Assembly: GCF_009914755.1 (NCBI RefSeq)
Contig: NC_060944.1
From: the human T2T-CHM13v2.0 reference genome, Homo sapiens
DNA: 64,000 nt
Reading direction: 5' to 3' (one strand)
Position numbers and translations under genes: made by a program. Shown here one piece after another: positions 14,601 to 29,700 of this stretch. The stretch's first letter is position 1, and each line of letters begins with the position of its first letter. The notes under the pieces are model-generated. The model saw nothing but the letters and a program-made list of their open reading frames with translations. It did no database searches and was not told the origin of the DNA.

Positions 14601-15354
14601 AACTAGGAACATGGGCTCCTATGATGGTTGTAGGTTTCGGTAATGCACAATAAGCACCTGGCACAGTGTTTGGCACTAGCAGGAGCTTATCTAAGAGACT
14701 GCTTTCCTCCCCAAATCCAATTTAGATTTATGGTCTATCCATCAAGGGAATCTGTTTCCAATGGGGGATATATTGTAGAACAGGCTGGAATTTGCCTCTG
14801 AATCCCTGAATCCTGGGCTGGCCTTTATGTCCACAGTAGCTGCACCCTGGGCCTGGGTCCCTGGGGAACAGTCTGAGTGGAGTGACCACAAGCACTGGAA
14901 TCAGAGTCCAGCGTCAGATTTTGTGCCTAGGTTTTGGCTGAGTGACGTCAGGGTAGGTACTCTACCCCTTTAGGTCTGTTTCCTCATCTGTAAAATTGAG
15001 TGATGGACTAGATAAGGGTGGACTCATGGGTAAAGTCTCACCTGGTCCTAAATTCCCATTAGGCCCTGAGATGTCCATACCCCTTTATTGGATTACGAAA
15101 GCCCAGATTGTCTCCTTCCCATCGTCGCAGAGGCCAGAATTCATCTTTATGAATTATCTGTTTCTTACCCAAACAAAAACTTACCTGCCCACATTTTAGT
15201 TAGTTCATATGATGTGTAGAGAGCCCTTTTAATTCTCGTGTTTGTACACCTTGCCTTTAAACTCAGCAGCCCACCCACATGCCAGAGTTAACTAAGTAGG
15301 CAAAAGCAAGCTGGGAATAGCAGTCCCATTTCTAAGCCCCAGGAGTAGTTGAGG

Positions 15355-16140
15355 ACCACTTCAGAGAGAGTTGAGATGGAGCAGAGCAGGAGACCAAGAT
15401 CTGAGCCCTGAAGAACATCAAGATTTAGAGGTCAGGGGAAGAAGAGCGGGTAGCAAAGGGTTGGATGCTGCTGAGATTGAGTAAGATGAGAAGAGAGAAG
15501 TGGAGACTGGATTTGTCGACATGAAGGGTGCGAGTGATATTGACAATATCACTATTGGTGGGATGGAGGGAGGAGCTACGCTGCGGTGGGTAGAAGAGAA
15601 CATGAGTGAAGAAACAGAGCCACCCTGTGAGTCTTTAAAGTTTGGCAGAAAAGAGGGAACAAGAAAATACTTTTTATTTACCTTTTCCTTTCTTTTTAAG
15701 ATGGAAGGTACTGGGCATGTTTGTATGCTAAGGGGAACAATTTGGCAATGAGAAAGAGACTTATTTTGCAAGTGAGAAAGGGAAAAATGAAAAAAATTAT
15801 TGAGTAGAATCTGTGATCCAGGCACTATGCTTGCCTTTGGAAGGGCAGAGACATGGCTTCTGTTGTGTTAGGCTGAGCCATAGGAAACAGTTGACATTCG
15901 ACCATTTGGGTCAACAAAAACAGCCATTTCTTATAGTCAAATCTGACAGCAGAGGAGAAGAACAAGAGGACAGTTGTAGATACAAGTAGGATTGTGGTGT
16001 GACAATGAGGGAGTGAACGACTGATGGTTTTAATTTCCTCAAAATATATGAGATGACATCATCAACGGAGAGTGAGGGTGTAAAAAGGGATGAAGGGGAT
16101 TTGAAGGGAAAGGACATTGCTTGAATGTGGAATAGGAGTG
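15355..16140. mobile_element. L2 LINE fragment containing a MADE2 insertion
   Basis: Purine-rich L2-like sequence (ccaagatctgagccctgaagaacatcaagatttagagg; gatggttttaatttcctca). Confidence 0.55.
15868..15946. mobile_element. MADE2-like mariner MITE (about 80-bp palindrome)
   Basis: ttaggctgagccataggaaa...ttcgaccattt...caaaaacagccatttcttatagtcaaatctga resembles the recalled MADE2 layout. Confidence 0.65.
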
Positions 16141-16185
16141 ATGACACCTCCCTTGTAGGTTGCCGTGAGGGTGAAATACTGACTA

Positions 16186-16554
<369 letters not shown>

Positions 16555-16886
16555 TTAGGGTATGGATGGGGAAAGGCTCATTCCAAGCTCTCACAATCTG
16601 CAGCATCTACTGGAAATGTTGGCAGCCTCTCCTCTCCCTTCTGTCCTCCTCCTGCTCAGACCCTTTCTACCAACTCCACCTATCACCTTATCTGGACTGT
16701 ATTATGGCTTAAGGGAGTTTTCGAAAATTGGTCTCCAGAACCTCCATGAGAGACAGGAAGGCAACTGGGGTGGGGGGTGGAGAGAGCTGCAGGGTGCCAG
16801 ACGCTGAGAACAAAAACAGGAGATGCCTGATTTTGTGCTTGACAAATGCTGGAGGCATTCCTCTAGGGCCTCAACAGAAAGGAAGG

Positions 16887-16915
<29 letters not shown>
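16887..16915. repeat. A29 mononucleotide run without a retroelement body
   Basis: Direct count. Confidence 0.95.
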
Positions 16916-16917
<2 letters not shown>

Positions 16918-17808
16918 CCAGGAGCAGAAAATAGGCTCTGACAGTCCAAAGCAATTTCCTTGGAAATTACTCTTTCAATGTCCTGGGCCTTCATCATTTT
17001 TAAAATTACAAAAGTAATACATGTGTTTGATATAAAAGTTTGAATACCATTTTTCTATATTTATATGTATATGTGTGTATTTACTGTAATAAGCATCAGA
17101 CCTATTATATGCATTTTCTGATGCCCTTAAAAATTCTTACCAAGCGTAACAGTTTTAATAGCTGCGAAGTTTTCTATAATATGGCGGTAACACACTTTAT
17201 GTAACCAACGTACCAATTGTTGGGCATTTAAGATTTTTCGCTTTTTTATTCCTATTATAGATAACACCGTGAATAATGTTCTTATATGCGTCATTGTCTA
17301 TATATATAATTATCTGCAGGATTTTTTTCCAGAAGGGTTTGAAAGGTACGATCATTTTTAAGCCTTCTGAAAACGCACTGCCAAGTTACTTTCTAGGGCA
17401 GCCAGCTGCATATCTGTTATGGGCATGCACCTATCGTGGAGATAAGGCACCATCAGCTCCGGCCCTGGCAGGTGTTGATGGCACCTGCTTGGGCCTCTCC
17501 CTCCTGACCAAGTGAAGCTCCTTGCTCTGTCACTCATGGGCCTTTTTCCTATAGTGAAACTTGCCACCATTTTCCTTCCCAAATAAACAAATGAACAATC
17601 TCAAGGACCTCTGGAGAGTCTTCAGCCTACCCCTCCGTGGCTTCTTTGCTGGTGGAAACTCATTCCTCTCCTCCAGGGCTGTTTAGTGAAAAAGGAGGGT
17701 TGGAGTAACAGATATAGGAGGAGAGGACAAGCCTTGCAGTTAAGAGAGCCCTTTCCCCTGGGACCCCTGAAGCCTCTCTGAGGCACTAGGTGGAGGGAGG
17801 GCACTTAC

Positions 17809-17845
17809 CTTGAGTCGCAATGTAGTGCCGAGGTCGATGGTATCC
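17809..17845 (-). CDS. PTPRT: PTPRT coding exon (37 nt): GYHRPRHYIATQ(G)
   Basis: ATCCAG|GGA acceptor and AAG|GTAAGT donor. The YIATQGP motif is completed by the next exon. Too short to appear in the ORF track. Confidence 0.96.
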
Positions 17846-19496
17846 CTGGATAACAGGAGAAAAGCACTGTGAAGAGTCTGTTGTCAAAGCTTGCAAACAG
17901 CACAATATTAATAAACATCCTCTCCAAGTCTTGATTTTCTCATGGGCAAAATGAGAACAGCATCAGTTATTCCCAGAGAAGTGGCAAAGGTTAAATGAGA
18001 TATTGCACATAAAGTGTGTAGTAAGTCACTAAATGCTAGCTATTTTTATAGTTACTTGTGAGGTGCCTACATAGGCTTGCCTTGGAGCCAGTGGCACTGG
18101 GAGCAAAGATTGGATGGGCATTGCTTATCCTTATGCACCCAAAAACAGGTAGAGAAGGAGTTTCCAGGTTTATGGGGAGCATCAACCACCAAAAAGTCTT
18201 TCTTGAGCCATGATTATATGAAGAACACTGTACAAGACCCTATGGGACACCCAGAGAAGAAAAAGGAAGAAAACAATTCAATTGTTGACTTCTTCCATTA
18301 GTAACAATTAGAAAAAGAAAATTGAGAAGCATCCCACATTGCTTCTCTATGCCAACATTCCTGGGCTTGGAATTGAAGTCCCAGGTACGGAGAAGACCTT
18401 ATGGAAGGCTGACCTGGGAGACCCATAAAGATACCTGCAAATACAAAGACCAGTTTCTAATTTCTCTGTACATTTCAGAGCACTACAGTAGGCCCTGCTG
18501 TACTCTGGTTGGGGAGTACCCTGCTGCCCCATAACCTTCATCATTGGACAAGAGGTTGAAGGTGACCCCTCTTTTGCCTGGACATGGCATACATGGAGTG
18601 TCCTCTTTCCAGTTACAGTCATATTGAGTAGAAGTTTAAGTTTTGGAGACAGACCTGCATTTAGTGCAGAACACTGAATGCAATTAGTATTTGTTAAATA
18701 AATACATGAGTGAATAAATGAATAGATGAATAAAATTTTTAAAGAACACAGATGCCAATTTTAGAGCCTATCAATTGGGAGATTGTTGACAGTCCTGAAA
18801 TCCACTTAGCTTTTATGGTTAACCATGTCCAGAGAAAATAAGTCCTAAAGTTTGATGAACATCTGTCTTTGTCTTAGATGTTGCTGACCAGTCTTTTTGC
18901 CCTGTTGAGGTAGATGAACTGCCTCGAGGCCACTTTCTTCAGGAAATAGAACTGCCATCTGTATGGTTTATGGTGCCACAGATGTGGCATCTCTAAAGTT
19001 CTAGACCCACTTTCTGATACAAAGACAAGTTTCTGCGTCCCTTGTACATTTCTCCACCTTTGTGTTTCACTTGCTCGATAATGATTTTGCAGGCACCTTC
19101 CAATTGCTGGGCCTGCTCTAGAGTTGGAGGTTGGCACCAATCCAGGGGCAATGTCATGACCAGAACTGTTGGATTAACCGCAGAGCAATCAACAGCCCTA
19201 CTAAAACTCTGTGCTTGAGGACTCCTATGTACTTAGTGAGGTTGTCAGTTTCTTAAGGACAAACACTCCCTACTAAGCTTAAAATTTTTTTTGTCACAGA
19301 GCTCAGCACAATGTGAGACTCAGAGCAAATACCCAATAAACAAGCTGTTGACAAACCAACTAGGCAGGCAACACAGCATGGTGGTTATGCGTACCATGGA
19401 CTCCGGAACTCAGCTGCCTGGGTTTGAACGCTGGCTCTGTCCCTTCTAGGGTGTGTGGTCTAGGGCAAGCTACTTAGTCTCATTGTGCCTCAGTTT

Positions 19497-20057
19497 TAAA
19501 ATTCACAATAACAAAGATATGAAATCAACCTATGTGTCCATCTCAATGGATGACTGAATAAAGAAATTTTTTATATATATATATATATATAGTATTCCAT
19601 ATATATATGGATATATATGAAGAGATATATATATATAGATGTAGTATTCCATGGTGTGTGTATATACATATATATGTGTACCATGGAATACTACTAAGCC
19701 ATAAAAAATAATGAAATCATGACTTTTGCAGCAACATGGATACATGGATGGGCCTGGAGGCCATTATCTTAAGCAAAAAACTCCCAGAAACAGAAAGTCA
19801 AATACCGCATGTTTTCACTTACAGTGGGAGCTAAATAATGTGTACATATGGATGTAAAGTGTGGAATCGTAGACATTGGTGACTCAGAAGGTTGGCAGGG
19901 TAGGAGGGTGGTGAGAGGGATGAGAAATAATTTAATAGGTGCAATGTATACTATTCAGGTGATGGTTACACTAAAAGCCTATACTTCACCACTGTGCAAT
20001 ACATACAGTAACAAAACTGCACTTGTGCTCTCTAAATCTATAAAATTAAAAAATTAA
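19497..20057 (+). mobile_element. L1 3' end (L1MA/L1PB-like) with internal (TA)n expansion at about 19571-19680, inserted into a MIR
   Basis: aatcaacctatgtgtccatc...gccataaaaaataatgaaatcatg...ggaggccattatcttaag. The MIR resumes at aatggggataatgg. Confidence 0.85.
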
Positions 20058-22599
20058 TGGGGATAATGGTATTTACCTCATAGTGTTGTTGACCAGATTA
20101 AATGAGTTGATATATAACAGTTACTATGTGCCAGGCACTATTCTAAGATTTAACATATATGTCTTTGCTATTGTTATTTTATTGTTTATTTGGCAAATAT
20201 TTATTTACTGAGTGCCTATCAAGACTAAAAGTGTATGCAGGCCTCTCAGGGGACACTGGGATGATGAGACCTTCTTTGTGTTAATGTAATAACTGAGCCC
20301 TTCCCTGTGACACAAGGGGTAGGAAGACCTATCCCTTCCTCCAAGTCAAGTGGACAGGGCTGCTCAGGCTAAAAGAAAGAATTAAACCCAAGGGTTGTCT
20401 TGAGTAGCTTTGGGAATAGAAAATAGTCCCCTAGATCCTGGAAAGATGCAGTTTCTCAAGTCTGCCCTCTTCTGCCATTCCCATCACTCATTCCCACAGC
20501 CCTCATCCTCCCTGGCTGAGGCCACAGCACCAACCACTAGCTGGCTTCCCTGCCTGCAGTTTCACTCTGTAGCCTTGCTGCTTCCTAACCCCATGAGCTT
20601 CCTCTTGCACACTGAGTGTGTTATTTCCCTGCTTATAAGCCTGCAGTAGCTCCCTATTGTCTGCATGGTAATGCCAAATGCCTTACCTTCGGACTAGTCA
20701 TCTGTCTCCATTTTCATCTCCAGCCTCACCTCCAGTTGTCCCTCTTTGTCCACTCCTACAACCCCATGCACCCTGTGCTTCAGCCTCACCAAGCTGCTCT
20801 TGAAATATGCTCTCCTCTGGGATACAGAGCTGACTCATTCCTCCTGAGTGGCCCAGTAGGGCTTTGTATATGCTCAGTGAATGCAATTCCATGTGCTGCA
20901 GTAAATTTTTTTGTACCTTTCTCCTCCTGGGACATGGGACATGCCACCCAGAGCTGGGTGCAGTTTTCAGCAGTCTGGTTGGTGAAATACATGTATGAAT
21001 GTTTTTGAGCTGAAGTTGGAGCATCCTCTTAATGCTCAGGCTGGAAGAAAAAGAGACCCTGGAGGAAGCTGTGATTTGGAAGATTCTAATGTGCTTGAAA
21101 TTCAGTGAGATAACATTTTGAGCAAGAGATTCACATTTTAGTTGTGGAGTTAGATGGCTTGGATTCTCTATTTTGTTAATTCATTTGTTTGCACAGTTAT
21201 TCACTGTCAATCAACAGGTATTAAGCACCTACTACTATGTACAAGGCACTGGAAATACAAAAGTGGACCCGATGAATGTGGACTTTGCTTTTGAGCAACT
21301 TATAGACATCAACAGACTGGGGTAAAGGCTACTAATGGGAAGATGTGGGGACTCTGTGGAGTACCCATGGGAATTGAACAGCCAAGGAGGGTCCCCTCAG
21401 AGGAGGTGGTGGTTGATTGGCTCCTTAAACCTAGTTTGGGCATCTTGACACCTCTTGTCATTTCTATTTCATCCTTTCAGTGATGTTCCCAGTTTCTCTG
21501 CCATTCTTTCATTATCCACTGGCTCTTGCTCTTCTTCAGAGATAGGGATCACATGTCCATCCAGAGGCCTTAGCACTGGCCATTCCCCGTGCCTGCTATG
21601 TCTGCCCCCAGGTACCTGAGTGGCTTGCTCTCTCGCTCCATCCAAGCTTCTGCTCAGTTGTCAATCACGTCTGTGGAGAGTTCATCTCTGACCACCCCAT
21701 CAGCTTCTTTCCACTTTCTCTGGCTTACTTTTCGTTAGATAACCTATCACCAAATAGCACACTATTCTTTCTTCATTTACATGCTCCCCCAGTTGAATGG
21801 GAGCTCCATGAAGCCAGGGCTGGCTTGCTCATGGCCATGTCCCCAGCACCTACAAGTCAGCCTGGGCCATTGGCCTTGAAAAATTCATATTGACTGAATG
21901 TACGCATGCTGTGTGCCTGTTCCCACGCTGCATCTGAGTAAAGAGACCCTCCTTGGCTTCCAAAAACCCACGCAGTCCCCAAAGAGAAAACATTCTAACC
22001 ACGAGACTCCTCAGCAAAGGAGATAAAAGGAAACGTACTGCTCAATTGGGGCTCCTCTGGGGATTCGCCAAGAGCGAGTACAGAAAACTTCCTAACCTTA
22101 AAAGAACTTTGAGTTCATTTAAGTCCCACCTACACAGCACGCAGATTGACTGCAAACCAGCACTGGGCCTGCCTCCATCTGTCTGTGAGCAATGGGAAAG
22201 AGGTTTGCATCCAAAACGCATTTATCTCACTCTGCACTCATGCATCTGTTACTTACTGGGGACCCAGATACGATATTTATTTCCAGGCTGGTAATTCATA
22301 ACAGATTTAAGTGGCCAATACATTTTCGGGTGTGCAAACAAACCTGCCAGCGGGATGGTTCAGACAGTAACAGACCACGGCCTCCGGAGGCAGAGACAGG
22401 GCTGGCCCCATTCAGCTCATTGTCCCAATGGAGTTATTTTAATGAATCGTCAAGATCCAATTGTAGAGAAATGATTCTAGCATGGGCAGTTAGCTCTTTA
22501 GAGAGCCAGGAAGGATTGTGGCTGCGTTGGAGACCAGGGTGATGGAGTGAGGACCTAGTTAGCTGTCTGGAGTACTGTTTTGCCAGGAATCCCTATAGA

Positions 22600-23140
22600 G
22601 ACCCCAGGAATTTTATCTTTGCTGGAGTATGTAGTTGGTTCACAATTAATGGAGTTCCTCTACTCTTCACCCTATAGTGGTAACTGTGCAAGGAGTTGCT
22701 TGTGGTTGGCTTTCTTCCCTTTGTCCCTCCATTTCCCCTTTTTCCTTCCATGGTCTGCTCTGTATGGATCGCGCCATGGGTTCCTATTCTTTCTGCTTCA
22801 AATTGGGTTTAGTCAATGGGGAACAAAAGCAGGAACTCAGAGGCCAGGAGGAGGTTGGGGCATATGTTCTTCTAGGTTCCTCCCTGCCAGGTCTCCATGC
22901 CTTGCTTGACCTTGTCACTCAATCAAGGGCTTCAGTTCTTGAAGGGCAGCCCTCTCTCATAGCTACTCTCTTCCCTTATCTGGGTCTAGGGCTGGTAAGG
23001 ACTCCCTACTATTGTTAGCCTAGTGATACTGCACCCTACCCTACTGGTTTCTCTTAATCCTGTTCACATCCTTATTAAACTTTCCCTGGGTACCCACTTT
23101 GGGGAAGCCTATGTTTCCTTTTGGGATCATGACAGATACT
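22600..23140. mobile_element. ERVL-type LTR (LTR33-like)
   Basis: tccatttcccctttttcc...ttcaaattgggtttagtcaatggggaac...cttattaaactttcc...tgacagatac. Confidence 0.5.
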
Positions 23141-25244
23141 TTACATCAGTAATTGCACACTTGTGGGGTGGCATCATTATCTCATTTTATAGATATCAGA
23201 ATGATTAAGTAATTTACCCAAGATCATAAAGCTAGTAATCAAAAAGGCCTGGATTCAACACAGGTCTTCAACACAGACCAGATTCATGACTTTATTGGCC
23301 CTGGATTCTAACCACTGAGATTGAGCCTGGAGTTCAATATCCCATAATAAGACAGCATGAACAGAGGCCATTTGCCCTGTCTGCCTAACCTATTACAGAC
23401 AGAAGAAGAAGGTCGTGGTGTGTCCTAAGTGGGCAGAGAACTGAAGTTCAGTTGTGTGACCTTGGACAGTGCTCTTAACCTACAGCTCTGGTTTCCTGTC
23501 TTTAAAGGCTTGAAACATGCCTTGCAATGATAAAACAGGAAATGAATCAGAGGCATAATTAGCAGTTGTAGAGATTAACTTGCATTTAAAGCAATTTCGT
23601 TTGTTGCCTATAAAATACCAAAGTGTATCTTGGCCCTGACTGTAGTCAGATGCTCATTCAACTTTGGAGTGAGTGCCTATCTAGGAAAATGACTTTTGTT
23701 GGGGGATTCTAGTCAAATGATGAATGCCAGATACAGAAACTCAGGCATGCCAGACCCTGTGTGGCCTGTGGTCCTTAGGGTCATATCCATGCAGCCATAG
23801 ACAAGGTCGAGGAGAAATGGAAGGAATCAATTCAACCTGCATCAATATATGCTGACTCGGTCCTTGCTGTGTGTTGGCTACAAGGCGGTGTCTGGGAGTG
23901 GGGGGGGGGAGGGGAAGGAGAAAGAGTGCTAAACTGGGAGCCATTCAGGTCTGGTTCCCATCCTGGTTCTGCCACTGACCAGCTGCATGGCCTGAGACGT
24001 ATTTGTGATTTCTCTAAACCTTAGCCCTCCCCATCTGGAGAATGGGAATGAGAACACCTACCTTGAAGGGTTGTTAAGAAGTTTTGATAAGCTGACTTAC
24101 TTGAGCCACCCATCATAGGACCCCAAGAGTGACTCATTAAGAGCCAGTTGGTGTTGTCATTGCTCACTGTGATTATTAAAGACAGCAGGGTATGGTGGGA
24201 GAGGTACTCTTGACTCAAATTTCTGCTCCCTCCTCCCCTACCTCCTAGCAGTATAATCCTGGACAAGTTATATAATCTTAAGAGACTCACTTACTCATCT
24301 GGAAATGGGTAGTAGTGGTACTTACCTTGTGAAGTTGTGATACTAGTTAAGGTGATGTTGGTACATGAAAGGTGATCAGTAATTCTTAGGTTACTATAAA
24401 CCCTTCTTGCCTGGCTGGCTCTAAGTCATCTTTCAAGGCAGAACTGAGACATCACCTCCTCCAGGGAGCCTTCACTGGCTACTTCCCTTTCCCACCAACT
24501 TGAAGCTTTGATTTTCCTTTATGGTCCCACAGCCCCTGCTCTGTGAAGGTCTATTTTCTTATCTGACTCCCTCACCAGATTTGAGTCCCTTTTAGGTCAG
24601 AGACCTGGTCTTAAAAGTCAGTATTTCCCATACACAGTGGAGGGTCTGCTCTGTGTTTGTGAACTGAATACTGGATGTATGAAGGAAAGGCTGCTGGCAT
24701 GATGGATGTATGCTCAGAGTGCCTTGCTCCGGGCTGGAGAAAAGCTATTCAGAACTGGCTGTCTCCTGTGAACTTTTCTGGAAGGGCTATGGTGGCAGAG
24801 ACGGTGTTCATCTTCAACTCCACTGAAGTTGCAGCCTCAGTTCTTGGCCATGTAGTAGGCCCTTTGTTAATTAGGGTGTAGTTAGGGAAACAGAAACCAG
24901 TCTATGTGTTTCAGACGAGGCAATTCAGTATGGGGAGTTGGTTACACAAGTGATGGAGGAGCCAAGATGCCAAACAGAGAATAGTGGGGCAACCCAGAGA
25001 TCAGGGACAGGACTAGGCTGCAACCAACCCTTAGAACTAGTGGGAGAACAGGAGAGGGAGAAATAACTAGAGTCCAGAGTCCAGAAATAACCAGAGCCCC
25101 AGTGGGCTGACTGGCAGGAGACTGGACTATGGCAGGCCTGCTTGAGGAAAGATGGAGCCACAGACAGGGTACAGCCACTGCTGGAGTTGCTGCCCAAGGA
25201 AGGGAGTGAGATGGAGAATACACTGCCCTTCCATCATCCTCCAG

Positions 25245-25277
<33 letters not shown>

Positions 25278-25306
25278 TTCTCTCTCTCTCTCACACACAC
25301 ACACAC
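25245..25306. repeat. Compound microsatellite (TCTG)n(TC)n(CA)n
   Basis: Seen directly. Confidence 0.95.
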
Positions 25307-26408
25307 CCTGCAATGCAAGGCAGAACAGGGAAGGACACAAAATAGATCTGAGGGCAAGCAGTCAGATGATCAATACAAGGCTCAATAAGTATTTGTTGAG
25401 TTAATAACTCACCTGGCTTAGTCTAGATTAAGGGGGAATTCACAAACTGCACCACCACACTTTATAGCCTATCTATAAATACATTTGAGAGTCTAGGGGA
25501 CCAGTATGAATCTCTGTGCCATTCTTCAAGACCCATGGACTGTGAGCTGAGGTCCTGAGATGCATGGCTTGAATCAGTCACATTGGGTTGTCCTTCTGAC
25601 CTCAGCAGTCATGCTCTTGCTTAGCAAATTCTCTCACTTCCATGCATACCCTTCTTGGCTCCTGTTTGAGTTTAGTCCCTTCCTCAGTCGTCTCTGGAAT
25701 ATTGAAGCAGCCTCTTTCCTTATTGGTTGTAGTTGTCTTAATTCCAGAATTTCTTCCCTCGGATCTGTCTTATCTTTGGTAGCAGATAAATCATGCCAAA
25801 GCTCAGTTCTAAGCTGGTCACCTCCTTGATAAAAAATTTTTAATAGCTTCCTCTTGTCTATGGGATAAAGTCCCACTTCCTAAGTCTGAGCATTTAATCT
25901 TCACTGATGTAGTCCCAACAATATTTTCCATTATTCCTGTTACATATTCTCTGCTCCCCTCAAATGGAGCTGCTATGTATCTCCTGGCCAGTTGCTCCAT
26001 CTTGGCTTGTGCTATTCTCTCTAACTAGAGGCCCCTCTCCCCTCTCTTTGATTTTAAATCATATCTGTGCTTGAAGCTTTGGTTCACATCATATTTTGCA
26101 TTCCTGATGGGAGAAGTGATATTTTTCCCTACTTCTGAATCTCTGCAGCATGTTATCTGTACTTTTGACACTTAACAATTTCTACTTTGCCCTGGAATTA
26201 TTGATGTGCACATTATCTCCCTGCTAAGGTTTTAAAGGGTAGAGACCATGGTATTATTAGCATTATGGTTCCCATAGCATCTAGTATACATTTTACAGTA
26301 GGCACTTTAAAATTTTTGTGGCATAAATGGCCATGCGTTTATGTGAATGAATGAATGGATCAACAGACATATACACAAATGAATAAATGGGGTGAATGAG
26401 TAAGACTA

Positions 26409-26747
<339 letters not shown>

Positions 26748-29700
26748 TTACGCAGCTAATGTCCTCCTTTAGAACTACTGTTTATTAATGACTGCATATC
26801 AGGCATTGTGCTACTCTCATTTAACTCTCAACACCACCCTCAGTTACTGCTCCCATTTATAGATGAGGAAGTGGAGGCTCAGGGAGGTAAGCACTTCTCA
26901 TTTTTCTACCTTCCCTTCTGATTTCGTCATTACCTAACTGGATTAGTCACCTGTTTCTTTAAGTCTTAGTGACTTAATCATTAAAATGGGGATGGAAATA
27001 CTTGCTTCATAGGACAATGTGAGAGAGACCATATAAAAATGCTTAGGACAGGAGAGTGTTGCATCTGGATTAATATACTCCATTTTCATGTTGTTTAAAA
27101 ACAGCAAGTTTACCTATCTTCCACACATGCACAAATTGCTTTTCATTTGCCCCTTGGAGTATTGTTAGAGATAGATTGTCAGCCATATATTGTTATCAAT
27201 ACTATCATTAAAGTGAGGCTGACTAAATCATTATAAAAGAGGTCATCAATAACTAAAAATTGTGTTATAGAGGATGCCTTTTCAAACACTATCTAGACAT
27301 AAACAAGATTTGCAGGCTTTATTTGGTAGCATGCTTACTTCAACTAACACCAAATAAAAACCATTAAAAGAAAACCAGTACAGCAGAAGAATCAGGATAA
27401 TCCTTTACAGTTAATTAAGTGAGCTCTGACACGCTAATAGACACACACAAGTGGAACATTGGTTCGGTCTGGTTGGGAGGAGGGACCTTGGTTTGCTATC
27501 CAGGTCACTGTGCACGTATCATTGTGCAGTCACTGCATCCTAGTTCACCTTCCTCTAGGGCAGGAATGGGTCCCTAAGATGTGGGCTGGAGAGCTCTGGA
27601 CATCCCCAAGGGTTTTCTGGGAGTCACGGAGGTCAGATCAGCTTATCTTCTTAGAATTATACAGCATTCTGCAGTTTACAAGGCACATTTATTGCAATTA
27701 ACCAAAACCCCCTTGAGAACTGGGACATTATGCCTTATTCCCTGTTCCATCCCCTGCACCTTTAAAAGGTCCTGACATACAGCAGGTACTCAGTAGTACA
27801 TGGAAAAGGTATAATTGGATGCCCTCATTGGGTTCTCACAGTGACCCTGTGGAAGAGAAGTAGGATGGGTTCTTTTAGCCCTTGTTACAAATGAGGAAAC
27901 TGAGGCTCCAGAAAGCCTGACTGGCCACATGGCCAGTGAATGGTAGAGCACAGAGGAGTGAAGTTCTCTTAACTCTGAGTTCGGTCGCTCCTGTTTCCAA
28001 AGGGGGTGTAAGCACAATGTTAGAAACCACTTCAGATATACCCAGCAGAGGGAATTAACTACTGAGAAGTGGTTGCCTGGGTTACAAAGAGTTGAGCAGC
28101 CAGATAGAAGAAAGTGGAGAAACTCAGAGATAAGCAGCAACAAGGAGACACTGCCTGCCCTTGGGCTGAAGGGATGGAGGGAGGTGGTGGAGTTGGCAGT
28201 GCTCAGGAGCTGGGGCCACCTGCTGGAACCTGAAGCCACAGTGGGATTCTAGTAGGAGCTGGAGGCAAGGAGGTGCTTCCCTTGCTGCTAAGGAAGGCAA
28301 TTGTAGTTGTAATACCCTGGCTTCTCCCTTTCTCCTTCTCTCCAATCTCCCAGTGCATGTCATTGGCTAAACCTAAATAGCTGACAGGAGAGCCTGAAAA
28401 ACACAACCTGCAGGGGTAAGTTACCTGCAATGCACACTAGAGTGGGAGAAGGTAAGGAATGGGTCCTATTATGGACAAACAGGCCTAGGGCTGGTATAAG
28501 ATACACCCCATATCTATCCATTCATTTAAGAATCATTCACTGAGTATCTGCCATGTGGCAGGCAGGCACTGTGCTAGACAGCAAGTTATACTAAATGCGA
28601 CTTTTCTTACTCATCAGGGGGAAGTTTCAGCAGAAGCAACTAGAGGGAGCAGGTGGGTGGTCTAAGCAATCCCTTTGGGTGAGTGGGAGAGTGGAATGTG
28701 ACATGGGGGAGGAGTTTGAAGTTAACCTTTATTGGATTCATGGTAGGTAAGAGAAACTTTACATGCATTATCTCCTTCAACCATTTATGCCTCAAAATAG
28801 CCATATAGGTTATTATAAGGATACCAGAATGATATGGTATTATGAGTCTTCCCATTTTACAGATGAAGACACTGAGGCTCAGAAAGATTAAGCAAGCTTC
28901 CGAAGTTACGCATCATGTGTGTGGCAGAGATAGGACTTCTCGGTTAGGTTTATCTGACCCTGAAACCCTACTCTGCCCACATAACTTGCTGTCCCAGAGT
29001 CTCAGGCATCTCACAGGCACTACAGCTGGAGTGTGTGCAAACAGCTCTTCCCCAGTTCCTGCAGGATTCTAGCCCCAGAGAGGACTTCCTGGGGGACAGC
29101 CCATCCAGCAGGCTGGAATTCAGACAAAGCCTGGCACCTGACTCTCAGCCCAGGGCATCAAGCCTCTGTTACCAGCAGTTCCAGAAGCTGTAGGCCTCAA
29201 AAAAGTGAAAATGCACATTGTGTTTTCACTCAGTGGTCTCATTATGACTTACTGATTCAGAAATCTCCTTTATTTGTTGAGTTATGCCTGCCCCTGGGGC
29301 CCATAGCACTGGAAACAGAGATTGTGGTTTAAAATGTTGAAAGGGAATTTTTAAAATATAAAATGAAGTTGAAAAACCGGAAAGCAAAAATGATTAAAAA
29401 CAAAACAAAAAGAAACGAACTTATTTATTCTAGTTAAGTGTACTTATGGATGAAAGTGATCTCTAGCCACCAGATGATGGTGTTTGACAACGTCTCTCCT
29501 TCATTTATTAAGAATGTGTTTACTGCACACCTACTATGTGCCAGGCTAGTTGAAGGGATTAAGAAAGTGCTATCAAATGTGATACTCATGTTTAAGGAGT
29601 TTGTCAATTTAGTGGAGACAGACTGTATGCAGAAGCAAAACTTCCAAATCTAGAAGATGGGGAATAGAGGGCTTTGTGTAGTGACATGTGAATGAGGAAT

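Noticed and set aside
22255-22285. Possible microexon (CCA|GTAAGT donor) in the intron where I recall paralogous R2B genes having a short alternative exon
   Set aside because: The nearest acceptor gives 31 nt (out of frame), the polypyrimidine tract is poor, and there is no convincing peptide similarity.
23894-23920. G-rich run as a G-quadruplex regulatory element
   Set aside because: The motif is possible, but it is deep intronic with no other support and is common by chance.
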